64,000 nt of DNA from assembly GCF_016433145.1 (NCBI RefSeq), contig NC_058130.1, positions 169,334,633 to 169,398,632 on the forward strand, in the 5' to 3' direction. The notes beneath the pieces are model-generated. The model was not told where the DNA came from and made no database searches. It worked only from the letters and a program-made list of their open reading frames with translations. Both the position numbers and the translations under genes were made by a program. Position 1 is the first letter of the stretch. Each line of letters begins with the position of its first letter. Origin of the DNA: Gracilinanus agilis. Taxonomy: Eukaryota. Below are positions 38,760 to 49,628 of the stretch, piece after piece.

Positions 38760-39560
38760 CTCACGCGAAAACCTCAGGCGTTTAAGTTAAATGACTTCCC
38801 CCTTAGCGAGGGAGCCAAGTCAGAATTGGGATCTGAACCAGTCTTCCCTACGTTTAAGTTCCCCTATCTGCCTCCCCAAGGCGTGCTGCTCAACGAGAGC
38901 CTTGGGGAGCCCTACCGCTGTCTCCCAGCCAAAGCGGATCTCCGTGCCTTGCTCTCCCGTCCCCAGGGCGGACCTTTCCACGCCGCATTTCCCCGCTTCC
39001 ACAAGTCCCTCAGGGCCAGGGCCATTGGCTTCAGAGCTTGGTCTGAGAATGGAGGGCGGGCACTAAAGGCAAGATCCGCCCCCCTGGAGGTGGCTCTCCA
39101 ACCGCTCTCCCGGCTGGGTCGAGCCCCGGTACCCAAAGCACTCCGTGCCGGGTCCTGCCAACACACCCCTTGGTGGCGTGCAGCATGCCAGCCTAGCACT
39201 TGGGCAGCAGCCGCCAACGTTGCCCTCTGTGCCCAGCGCGATGGAGGGGGCTGGCTTCCTGCTCCGTCTCCTGGCGCTGCTCTGGCCGTACCTGCCGCAG
39301 GTGAGATGGAACTGAGGCTCCCGGGTACGCCCCGTCGCAGATGGCTCTGGGGCTAATGCCTATGTTCCCCAGCTCATCCGTGATGGGGGTTGGGGGTGGG
39401 TGGGCTCCAACTCCTCTGCCTCCACCCGAGGGTGAGAAGGAGCGGGGCAAGCTGCCCCTAGCCCCCGAGGAATCCCGGGCCTGGCTCGAGGGGGCGGGGA
39501 GGATATCCAGGTCCCCAAAACACGCCTGGCTGCATGGATGAGAGAGGTGGGAGGCACAGC
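38760..39560 (+). promoter_or_regulatory. CpG-rich ERN2 promoter and exon 1 region
   Basis: CpG enrichment around the exon 1 ATG; KLF-type CACACCC ~39164. Confidence 0.65.
39241..39300 (+). CDS. ERN2: ERN2 exon 1 (signal peptide MEGAGFLLRLLALLWPYLPQ)
   Basis: gcgATGG start in a CpG island, hydrophobic core, ends PQ like human exon 1, CAG|GTGAGA donor. Confidence 0.8.
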
Positions 39561-41160
39561 ATGGCTCGAACCCACTGAGACCTGAGTACAGCGGGGATCC
39601 AAGCTCTGGGATTAAGCCTCCAGACTGGCCCCAGGAACCCCTGAGGGTTCTTCCTCCTCTAGAAGTCTATTCCTCTCCCTTTGGGCACTCCGGCTTTTGG
39701 AGGTGCTCCCTCTCGTCTCTCCAGAAGCTTATACCCTTTCCTAAGAACTAGCCTGGGACTGGAACAAATGGGAATGTGGGTTAGGCGGGAGGCTGCTGGG
39801 GAAGAGGAGGATGGGAGGTCCCTGCCTCTGCCACTTCTGCTTCAGTGAGATGGATCCAGTGCCGGTGCTAACATGAGCATCCCTAGGGTGAGGGCATTGG
39901 TCACTATTCCCGCAAAGAATGCTGACTACAGCCATAGTCAATAGCAGAGGAGCGCCAAAAAGCCCTAGAGACATGGGAAGGGGGAGAAAGATTTAGCAAG
40001 GTTTATCTTCCTCCTCCTATGAAGGGAGGACCAAGAAAAAAGGGGGGTGGGGGAGAGTGAAATCAAGGAAATGCTAAGTAAATTCTCTGAGAAACCAAGG
40101 GAGAATTTAGGGGCATCTAAGAACCACCCTCCCACGGGCATCATCCTTGCCCCCATCCCACCATCACCAGTCCTTAACTATGGAGGAATGGAACAGTTTC
40201 AACTGCCCTTTATAGTCCCTTCTGGTCTCTGCTTCCATCCCTTGACTCCAAAACATTTTTCAACCCTGCCCAGCCAAGGGTTTTGAAATCAAAAGTGAAG
40301 GAGAGAAACCTGTACTAAGGGGAAGAATATGGTTTCCTGACTGAGATAGGATGCTGCTATGGGCAAGTCTTTTGTGGGGTAGGGAAATAGACTTTGAGAG
40401 TGGAAAACAGTTATAGCCTTAGGGAGGAGGTAGATGGCCAGGGATGGAGTTCCTCCCTTAGGAGGAACACTGAGGTTACTAATCCAGAGGGGCTGTGTAC
40501 TCTGCTGTTTGCTCAGCCTTGCCCTGTTTGCCCAGGGAGTGGCAGTGGCAGCAGCAACAGCAGCAGGTGGGCGAGCCCGGCAGGTTAGCCGGATGTAATG
40601 GGAGCCTCTGCAGGGGGCTCAACCCTCCCAAGCTTCATACATCTTGGTTTTGTGGCCCCAATACTTCCTGGCACCAAAACCAGCCTGGCCAGTTTTGAAG
40701 AGAGGAAGAGATGTTGTCAAGAGGGAGAAGTGTTCAGCCTCTGGCTGGGAGGAGAGTCAGAAGGAATTGGGAAGGAAGAGGCTTCCCTGTTGAATCACCA
40801 TCAGTTAGACTCATCTCTGGGCTCCCATCTCCCTAGCCTTTTTCTCATCTTTTCCCATTCCCTTTAGTTGTATAGCTTCTTGTTTGATTCCATGTCTGTG
40901 TATTTCTTGCACCAATTTATTTACAGGTTGTCTTCCTCATTAGGATGTAAGCAGAGCCTACAGGACAAAACCATTGTCCATAGCAAAGCTCTATTCCATC
41001 CAACCAGGGCTGATAGCCATCCCAGGAAATATAAACCTGGAAGGCTGTCCTAGGGGAAGGAGAGGGATGACAAAAAAACAACTAGGGTGTTGGTGGGTGG
41101 GGGACAAAGTGCCTATGGTGGCCTCCCCTGTACTCTTGTTCTTCATGTTGAGGCCTGTAG

Positions 41161-41269
41161 GGGAAGACAGGAAGCACCCCTGAAAGCCTGCTCTTCATAT
41201 CCACTCTGGATGGGAGCCTGCATGCTGTTAGCAAGAAGACCGGTGACATCCAATGGACCCTGAAGGATG
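41161..41269 (+). CDS. ERN2: ERN2 exon 2
   Basis: ...[30 protein letters not shown]; G|GTGAGT donor; 5' boundary could instead be 41171. Confidence 0.88.
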
Positions 41270-41364
41270 GTGAGTCAAGCCCTGGCATAAAGAATTGTCT
41301 GTTGATGTTCCCAGAATGGGGAGAATAATGGTATCTACTTACTTAAAAAAGAATTTTTTTCTAA

Positions 41365-41550
41365 ACTGTTATCTTCCATCTTAGAGTCATTACTATGTAT
41401 TGTTTCCAAGGCAGAAGAGTGGTAAGGGCTGGGAATTGGGGGTTAAGTGACTTGCCCAGGGTCACATGGCTAGGAAGTGTCTGAGGTCATTTTTGAACCC
41501 AAGACCTCCCATCTCTAGGCCTGGCTCTCAATAGCCACCTAGATGCCCCC
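41365..41550 (-). mobile_element. SINE1_Mdo-like SINE
   Basis: reverse-complement consensus. Confidence 0.88.
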
Positions 41551-41753
41551 TCTACTTACTTTCTAAGGGTGTCCAGTCTAGACTTGAGAAAACAGGCTAG
41601 GAGGTCCCACATCCCATCTCAGCCTGCAGCTTCCAAAGTTTGGGGTTGGAATCTAGTTGTTTACAATGGCTGTCATATGGGTGTGGATTCTGGGGTGGGC
41701 GTGGGAGGGCAGGGACACTAGCGCTTTATTCCTCAGTAACTTCCTTTCTGCAG

Positions 41754-41787
41754 ATCCCATCATCCAGGGTCCTGTGTATGCCACAGA
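41754..41787 (+). CDS. ERN2: ERN2 exon 3
   Basis: PIIQGPVYAT; 34 nt, GA|GTAAGT. Confidence 0.93.
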
Positions 41788-42296
41788 GTAAGTATCCTCA
41801 TGAATACAACCTCAGACGGGGTGGCGAACAAGATGACCTCTGACTTCCCCTCCAGCTCCATGGCGAACAAGGTTCCACGATGAGAGAGGATGTGGTTTTT
41901 AGCATTTGGAGATGGGAAAGTTGGAAAAGAGAAGTCAGGGTTCTGTACAATAAAAGAGCAAGGAAAGGGAAATAATGTTCAGAGGGGGAGGGTGCTGAGG
42001 ACGTGGGATCAAAGTTCTAAGGCAAGGGAAGAGAGGAAGGGAGGAAAGAGCAGACTTAGCTGAGAAACTAGATGGGAGTAACTAATATTTTGGAGGGGAA
42101 ATGGAGGAGGGCAGTTTGAATTCAGCAGAAGGAAGACGTTTTGATTAAATAATCTTCCTACCTCTACTGATCTCCTAGGGACAGCCTTCCTCAGGCAAAG
42201 GGGATAGAGCAGGCATCAAACTGGTAGCAATCCTTGGGGTCTGCCTTCCCATCTCTCCTCCCCACTTCTAACATCCCACTCCTCCATCTTCCCCAG

Positions 42297-42369
42297 ACCA
42301 GCCTTCCTCCCTGATCCTAGTGATGGCAGTTTGTACATCTTAGGAGAGGAGAGCAAGCAGGGCCTCATG
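42297..42369 (+). CDS. ERN2: ERN2 exon 4
   Basis: PAFLPDPSDGSLYILG...QGLM; 73 nt. Confidence 0.95.
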
Positions 42370-42604
42370 GTAGGTTCCCTTCAGTGGGGATGGAGGCAGA
42401 GTTTGGGGAAAAGTTGTGGGAAGAGGGTGGGACAGGGACAGATCAGAATCCAAGAGAGAGAAGAAGTACCAATTTATCCCATCCAGGAAGGACCTGGACC
42501 CCCCCTCTGGAAGTCAGGGAAATTGAAGTGGAAGAATAGATTCTTGGGATCCTTCCTGGCCAGCTTAGGCTAAGCTTATCCCCTTCCTTCCTCTTCCCTC
42601 CCAG

Positions 42605-42677
42605 AAACTCCCATTCACCATCCCAGAGCTGGTCCACGCGTCCCCCTGCCGCAGCTCGGATGGTGTCCTCTACACAG
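42605..42677 (+). CDS. ERN2: ERN2 exon 5
   Basis: [24 protein letters not shown]; 73 nt. Confidence 0.97.
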
Positions 42678-42942
42678 GTAGGGGGAATCCTGCAGTTCAC
42701 ATCTGTCTTCTTAACACCATCCCCCTCTCCCCTCACCCAACCCCTTCCCTTGCCCACCCACAAAGGCCACAAGTCTGACCACGACAGGCTGGCATCAGGG
42801 CACAGAGTGGGGGAACCTGTCTGAGGAGGATGAGTTCTGCCTGTGAGAATGGGAAAGGGCACCATGACAAAGTATGAGCAGGGGCTTTTTAATGTGGAGT
42901 CAGAATATTTCAAGGGAGGACTCCGATTCTTCCCTCCTTCAG

Positions 42943-43065
42943 GAAGGAAGCAAGATACATGGTTCATGGTGGACCCCAAGTCAGGCAAGAAACAGACGAT
43001 GCTGTCCACAGAGGCGTGGGATGGGCTCTACCCCTCAGCCCCTCTTCTATACATTGGCCGCACAC
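42943..43065 (+). CDS. ERN2: ERN2 exon 6
   Basis: [11 protein letters not shown]...LYIGRT; 123 nt. Confidence 0.96.
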
Positions 43066-43754
43066 GTGAGTGAGAATGTTAACCTTAAGCCCAGAGAACA
43101 GACCCAGGTACCCTAGTAAGAAATAAAATGGATATAAGGGGAGAGATTTAAAAATATTAGGGTATTAAAAGATTTATTGGTAGCCCTTAGAAAATTGAAG
43201 CATGTGCCATGCTGAGTCATTTTAAAAGACCCGCCTCCTGTTACCTCCCTTCCCCATCCTGCTCCCCTCCAAATCACCAAAGAGGAAGTGGGAGGAGTTA
43301 CAGCCATTCATAAAACAATAACGTGACTTAAAGGGGATTTGGGAAAAACTAAGGATTTATGGGGGATGAAGTCCAAGGTTCAAAGTCTCCATTTATACAT
43401 CCTTTGTCCAAAACAGTGATACAGTAACAATATCACCAGCCCTCTTGAAGACTGGATCTAGCAATGGGTGCCCCTGCGAGAGGTTAATTTATTTGCATGT
43501 GCATCCTACCTAGATAGGGGCATTCATCCAGTTAGTCAATAGTCAGTCAGTGAACATTTATTTTCACACACTTACTATGTGCCAGGCACTGTGCTAAGTG
43601 CTAAGGCTACAGAGAAAGTTTTTTTTTTTTATTTAAGTAAAAATAAATAAAAAAGTCCTGCCCTCAAGAAGTCACATTCTAATGGTAGAGATAACAAGGA
43701 AATAACTTGATATATATACAAGTTACATGCAGAATACATGGAAAATAATGGAGA

Positions 43755-43965
43755 GGGGGATATCCAGGTGGCTCAGTGTGAAGAGAGAGCCAAGCCTGAA
43801 GACTGGAAGTCCTGGGTTCAAATCTGGCCTCAGACACTTCCACACTTCCTCACTGTATGGCCCTGGGCAAGTCACTTAACCCAGTTGCCTAGCTTTTACA
43901 TTCTTCTGCCTTAGAATCAATACTTAGTATAAATTCTAAAACAGAAGGCAAGGGTTTTAAAAATA
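43755..43965 (+). mobile_element. SINE1_Mdo-like SINE
   Basis: head, CORE and tail. Confidence 0.85.
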
Positions 43966-44214
43966 AATAACAATTTTTAAAACTTTTTTACTTTAATAAC
44001 ATTTCCACATAAGTTTATTGAAGTTTTATGATCCATATTGTCTCTCTCCCTTCTTCTCTCCCCTCTCCCAAAGCTGACAAACAATTCAATCTAGTTTATA
44101 CAAAAAATAAATAACAAGTTTTAAAGAAGTCTGTTTTCACAGTCCAAGACAAAGATGATGAGGATATAAACAGGAGTTGTGACTATGTGAATTGAGAAAA
44201 GGGGACAACTTATA

Positions 44215-44281
44215 CAGAGTGTCCCAAAAGTCTTAATATCCAAAGAACTTAAAACTACACTCAAATTTTGGGGACATCCTG
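44215..44281. mobile_element. palindromic Tc1/mariner-type MITE
   Basis: TA-CAGAGTGTCCCAAAAG...TTTTGGGGACATCCTG-TA. Confidence 0.75.
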
Positions 44282-44872
44282 TATGAGAGATGTGGGTGAA
44301 CGTAGCAACAATTAGACTGGAGTGTGGGCTTAGCTGGAAAGAGGAGTTGAGGGTGACATGGAGAGGGCCTGAGAGGAAGGGAGTACTCTGAACAGAAATA
44401 GGGGAGCTGGGAAGAGGGAAGGGTTTTTTGAGGTGGAAGAGAAGCTCCATTAAAAGTTCTGTTTCAGGCATGTTGAATTTGAGATGCCTTCAGAACATCT
44501 CATTTAAGTTGTCCAAAAAGTACTTGTTGATGTTGGACAGAGCCTTGAGGGATACTCACCATAATGAAAGAGCCAGAAAGAAAAAAAAAAAAAAAGTCGC
44601 TCCCCATCTAGAAAATTTCTGCAGCACAATGGGAAGCCCTGAGTTCAAATCCCACCTCTGGCATTTCCTACCTGGGTGACCTTGGACAAAAGACTTCTGC
44701 TCTCTAGGCTTCTATTTCCTGGCGATTCGATAGATAACCTCTGACTTCCCCTCCAGCTCCATGGGTTCCTTCAGCAGTGGGGTGGGAGATGGGGGTGAGA
44801 AGGAGAACTACCTGGAGAGAAACACTTCTAGGGACCATGGGAAAGGGGATGACTCCACTCACCACTTTCTAG

Positions 44873-44974
44873 AGTATACGGTCACCATGTATGACCCCAG
44901 GTCCCAGGCCCTTCGATGGAACACCACCTACAGAGGCTACTCTGCGCCCCTCCTTGACCACTTGCCTGGCTACC
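44873..44974 (+). CDS. ERN2: ERN2 exon 7
   Basis: [19 protein letters not shown]...; 102 nt, C|GTAAGT. Confidence 0.96.
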
Positions 44975-45225
44975 GTAAGTAAAGCCTGCCACAGGACCAT
45001 CACCAATGAGCTCCCTCTTTTCCATGACGCCCAGGACCCAGTCCTGCTCCCTGCAGTAAGTGAGGCTCCTGTGGGCTGTGGCCCGAGTGGGAGAAGGGCT
45101 AAGGGCCTTACCTGCAGCCAAGGCTCCTCAGCCCCTTGGGCATCATCCAGCAGGGCCGGCTCCCAGGGAGGGAAAGGAGGAAGGAGCCAGAATGGGGTTT
45201 GCAGCCCGAGTATCTATTTCTGCAG

Positions 45226-45496
45226 AGGTGGGCCATTTCACATGCAGTGGGGAGGGCCTGGTGGTTACCGTGGACAAGCCCAGCGGAGCCGTTCTGTGGA
45301 CTCGAGACTATGGCTCACCCGTGGCAGGTATTTATGCCTGGCACCAAGACAGTCTACACCGGCTTCCCCACCTCACCATGGCTCTAGACACCCTGCGCTT
45401 CCTCACCCTTCGCTCCAACCATATCCGCCTGAGGCGCTGGACCCAGCCCCCCAGTGTGGCAAGCAGAGACTTCTCTACGCCTGAGACCCAGTTACT
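45226..45496 (+). CDS. ERN2: ERN2 exon 8
   Basis: VGHFTCSGEGLVVTVD...LPHLTMALDTLRFL...TQL; CT|GTAGGT. Confidence 0.94.
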
Positions 45497-45931
45497 GTAG
45501 GTGCCTGGTGGTCCCCAGGGGAGTTAGCACAGCTGGGCCTGGGCTGGGAGGGAGGGAAAAAATAGAGAGAACCCTAGCTGCCCCCCTAGCCCAAATCATA
45601 CCATCTGGGGAATTCTACTCAAGTAGGTGCTGGAACAACAACAACAACAAATCAGCCATCACCCTCTACCCCACTAGAATTTGCATTCTACTAGAAATGG
45701 CCAAAGCCCTCATCACACAGCTTCCCTGGGAGAAGGATGGAGGGGACCCAGCAGGAGCCAGAGAACCGCCCTCCGTTTCTTCTTGCCTTCTCCCTTCTCA
45801 TCCATTCTCCTGCCCTAATCTGATCCCCTTGCTCCTCCAGGCAGGTACCTTCCCCCAGCAGCCTCCCCTAAAGCGAATAGGGCCACCCCCTATTGTCTCC
45901 TAGCCCCCTTTTCCCTCTTGTCCTCCCCTAG

Positions 45932-46010
45932 GCTGACACTGTACGTGGGGAAGCATGCGGCCAGTTTCTATGCCTCCAGTGCGCTGGTCCACGCTGGTGT
46001 GGCACTGGTG
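45932..46010 (+). CDS. ERN2: ERN2 exon 9
   Basis: LTLYVGK...ALVHAGVALV; 79 nt. Confidence 0.95.
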
Positions 46011-46102
46011 GTGAGAAGAGGGAACCCTTACATTCCAGGGTGGGGAGAGTGGGCAGATGACGAGGCAGGAGCCCCGTCATGGCCTTTCTCCTTCTCCTCC
46101 AG

Positions 46103-46253
46103 CCCCGAGGAGTGACCCTCGCCCCGGTGGACGGACCCACCACGGAGGAGGTGACTTTAAGCGACTCGGGAGAGCGTGGGGTCACCCCCAGCACAGCTGT
46201 CAGATACCCTCCTGGCAGTATAACTGCTCTCCACAGTTCATGGCTCCTCATTG
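46103..46253 (+). CDS. ERN2: ERN2 exon 10
   Basis: [14 protein letters not shown]...WLLI; 151 nt. Confidence 0.95.
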
Positions 46254-46769
46254 GTAAGGGAGGGCTTTGGGAATGGCCGGAATTATTCCAGTGGTGTTTT
46301 CCTACTCAAGCTTTCTCCATCCTTAAATCCTTCCACTCCTGCCTGGAGAAGGAGGACTTCCTTTTCAGTGGCTTCCCCAATCAGAATGGAAGCTCCTTGA
46401 GGGCAGGCACCATCTTTCTACTGTATTGGCATAAATGCTCATTGACTGACTAACCAAACGAGCTCTGGGTTCAACTCCTGTTTCTTCAATTCGACTAGAC
46501 AGGCTCCAACATCTCGTCTAGCTCTAAATCTGTAAAATTGCTGCAATTCTTATATTGAACCAAAGTCTGTCTCCCAATCACCCCCCAGTTCTTCCACTTG
46601 AGACCAAGAGAAACCAATCTAATCTTGCTTCCCTGTGAAGGGTACAGCTCAAATATGTGAAAACAACTCTCTCTGTCAGCTGACTCTTCTCTAATCTAGC
46701 ATCCCTTCAGCCTCTTCAAGTAGTGATGATCACTGACATGGAGGCAGCACTTCAATTTTTGCTAGGTGG

Positions 46770-46960
46770 CAACATGATGAGAAAGCTGGGTCTCCAGTCA
46801 GGAAGACTTCCCAGAGTTCAAATCCAGCCTTAGATGTGAGCTTGCCTCAGTTTCTTCATCTGTAAAATGAGCTGGAAATGGAAATGGCAAACCATTCCAG
46901 TATCTTTGTCACAAAGTCCCCAAATGAGGTCACAAAGAGTCAGATCTGACTAAAGAAAAA
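46770..46960 (+). mobile_element. MAR1-like CORE-SINE
   Basis: CORE plus tail ggaaatggcaaaccattccagtatctttg. Confidence 0.75.
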
Positions 46961-46994
46961 ATTGAATTGATCGAGTTTTGCCAAACACTTACCT

Positions 46995-47177
46995 TATGTC
47001 TTAGAATCTATAATAAATATTGGTTCCAAGGCAAAAGAGCGGTAAGGGCTTGGCAATGCAGGTCAAATGGCTTGCCCAGGGACACTCGGCTAAGAAATGT
47101 CTGAGGTCACATTTGAACCCAGGACCTCCCATCTCCAGGAGGAGACTCTCAATTCCACTGAGACACCTTGCTGCCCC
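46995..47177 (-). mobile_element. SINE1_Mdo-like SINE
   Basis: reverse-complement consensus. Confidence 0.85.
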
Positions 47178-48094
47178 TGCCAAGCATTTTATATGCACAT
47201 TCTCATTTGACCCTCATAACAGGTGAGGTAGGTACTAGAAAATTTTCACTAGGCTCCAGGCAACTGTACGAAGCGCTAAAGCGACAAATTCAGGCAAGCA
47301 AGACAGCACCTGCCCACGGGGAGCTTACATTCTAATCAAGGACAATCATTCATGAAAGGGTTCTGGAAAAGGGTAGGGGGAGGTGGTGAGTCAGGGGTGG
47401 CACTGGCAGTCCAAAGTTTAGCAGGAGAGAATGAAAGGGATAATGATAAGAACAGAGGCATTGTGATGTTGAGATGGCCACAAGGTGTTTCCTGTCCCAT
47501 TTTTACAAAGGAGGAAACTGAGGCTTAATACAGAGGCAGTGTGTGAACCTGTGCCTTCCCTGGCTCCAAATCCACTGATCTCTTGTTTCTTCACCATTCC
47601 AGTTACCTTTATTTATTTATGCCCTCTCTGAGACGTGGCACCTAGCACTGAGCCTACTAACCCGGGTGGACCAGAACCAGGACCAGAGAAATCTGGGTTC
47701 AAATCACAGTTCTACCATTTACTACCTATGCGACTTTGGGGAAATTCCTCAATCTCTCTGCAGCTCAGTTTCCTCACCCGTAAAATGAGAAGACTGAACT
47801 CGATGTCCTCTGAGGTTCCTCCCAGCTCTGAATCTATGACCAGAAGAGGCAGTGGATAGAGCCCAGGACTTAGAGTTCATTTTCTAACAATATGACCCTG
47901 GGAAAGTCACTTGCCCTCTCAGTCTCAGCTTTTCTCATCTGTAAAAATGGGTATTATAATAGCTCCTCACTCACAGGGTTCTTGTGAGTATCAAATAAGG
48001 TAACATATCTAGTGTTTTGCAAATATTAAAGTGCTACATAAATGCTATTATTATATTATTATAAAACTAACAACTTTGTTCTGTACTTTAAGCT

Positions 48095-48277
48095 TTTTTT
48101 AAAAATCCTTACCTTCCATCATAGAATTAATATTGTGTGTATTGGTCCAAGGCAGAAGAGCAGTCAGGGCTAGGTGATGGGGGTTAAGGGACTTGCCCAA
48201 GGACACACAACTGGGAAGAGTCTTAAAGGCCAGATCTGAACCTAGGCTCTCTATCCACTGAGCCACCTTGCCGGCCC
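48095..48277 (-). mobile_element. SINE1_Mdo-like SINE
   Basis: reverse-complement consensus. Confidence 0.83.
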
Positions 48278-48482
48278 TGTCCTTTAAGCTTAATTTAAAG
48301 ATCCACCAGCTCTTTTGGTACCATATCACACCATTGAGCCAGTCTGAGTTTAAAATCCAAAAATGAATCCCCACCTACTCAGGTTTGTGCCTCCCTGACG
48401 CAGAGGGTTATCTGGTTTTATTGAAGATTTTCATGACACTGGTTGACGTCTTCAACCTCTGTTGCCCCCCCCCCCAACCCAG

Positions 48483-48607
48483 GTCACCATGAACTTCCAC
48501 CCCTCCTCCACACCACCATGCTGAGGGTCTTCCCTACCTTGGGGTCCAGGACTGTGGCTAGGACCAGCCTCCCAGAAGGCGCCCCAGCTGGCACCCTCTT
48601 CCAAGAG
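48483..48607 (+). CDS. ERN2: ERN2 exon 11
   Basis: HHELPPLLHTTMLRVFPTLG...FQE; 125 nt. Confidence 0.95.
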
Positions 48608-48796
48608 GTCAGTTTTAGAGAGGGAAAGGGAGGGAAGGGGAAGTGCGAGGGAGGGAGAGAAGGGGAGGAGAAGGCTCAGGGGTCTCTGGAGCCATTCCCC
48701 TGCACTGGGAGCTCAGTGACAGACTGACAAAGGCTACTCTGGCCCTGAGTGGAGGGAAGATGGACATTAAAGATAAGGGTTTCTCTGCCCCTTCAG

Positions 48797-48964
48797 CTTC
48801 TTAGCCTGAGCCAGGAGGTAGCATGGGGTCCGGAAAGGCTTCCAGGGCCCCAGCCTGAGGAGGAACCCCAAGATCTGTACCCAGGGTCTGGGACTGGAGA
48901 CCTGGTGGTGGCCAGCCTCACCACCCTCCTGCTCGGCGGCTGGATCATCTTCCTGCTATGTCAA
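48797..48964 (+). CDS. ERN2: ERN2 exon 12 (transmembrane helix)
   Basis: LLSLSQE...DLVVASLTTLLLGGWIIFLLCQ; CAA|GTGAGT. Confidence 0.94.
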
Positions 48965-49628
48965 GTGAGTTCCTGAGCCCTCCTCCAGCCTAGGAGCCCC
49001 CAGTTCTGCCCCCAAACTCCTCCACCCAGGAGGACTCAGAAGCTCCTTTTCCTCTGGGGACCCCTGGCTCTATTCCTTCATGATTCTCCCCACCCTCAGG
49101 ATCCCCAGCCTTCTTTACACCAAAAGTCTTCAGCTTTGATCATTTGTCCCTCCCTCAGCACAGGATTCTACCCCAGACCTTTTCCTTCAGATGCCCAACT
49201 CATAGTCCCTTTCCCCAAGACTAGTAGCTTCAGCCTCGTGCCCTACCCTCCAAGACCCCCAACCCTAGCCTCTCCTCCATCCCCCCACCCGGAAGCCCAG
49301 CCTCGACCCTCTCATTCTCTAAGGACCCTTGGCTACCCCTCCTCAGCCTACCCCCCAGGAACCCCAGCTCTGATGCTCTTTGTCCTGATGCTTTCTTAGC
49401 TCCTGCTCCCCTTGCATCCCTTCCTCCAGAACCTGCCCTGGTCCCCCCCCACCCCAGCTTCCCAGTTCCCAGCAGGAAAGGTGGGGGAAGAGCTGTTGGG
49501 CCTGACTTGATTCATGCACCCAGCATGGGGGCCCCTGTTCAGAGCAGGGGCACCCACAAAGGCCCATCCGGGCCTCTGACAGGGTTAGAGCAGCCCCCAG
49601 CCTAAGCCCTTGATCTCTCTCTGAACAG

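Noticed and set aside
39071-39095. CTCF-like motif in the ERN2 promoter
   Set aside because: Six Gs on one strand and two core mismatches on the other; too weak.
38826-39240. Possible 138-aa N-terminal extension of ERN2
   Set aside because: No in-frame ATG, GC-rich, and it would bury the signal peptide.
45497-45502. Apparent in-frame TAG at the end of ERN2 exon 8
   Set aside because: The donor CT|GTAG lies before it and phase matches exon 9, so it is intronic.
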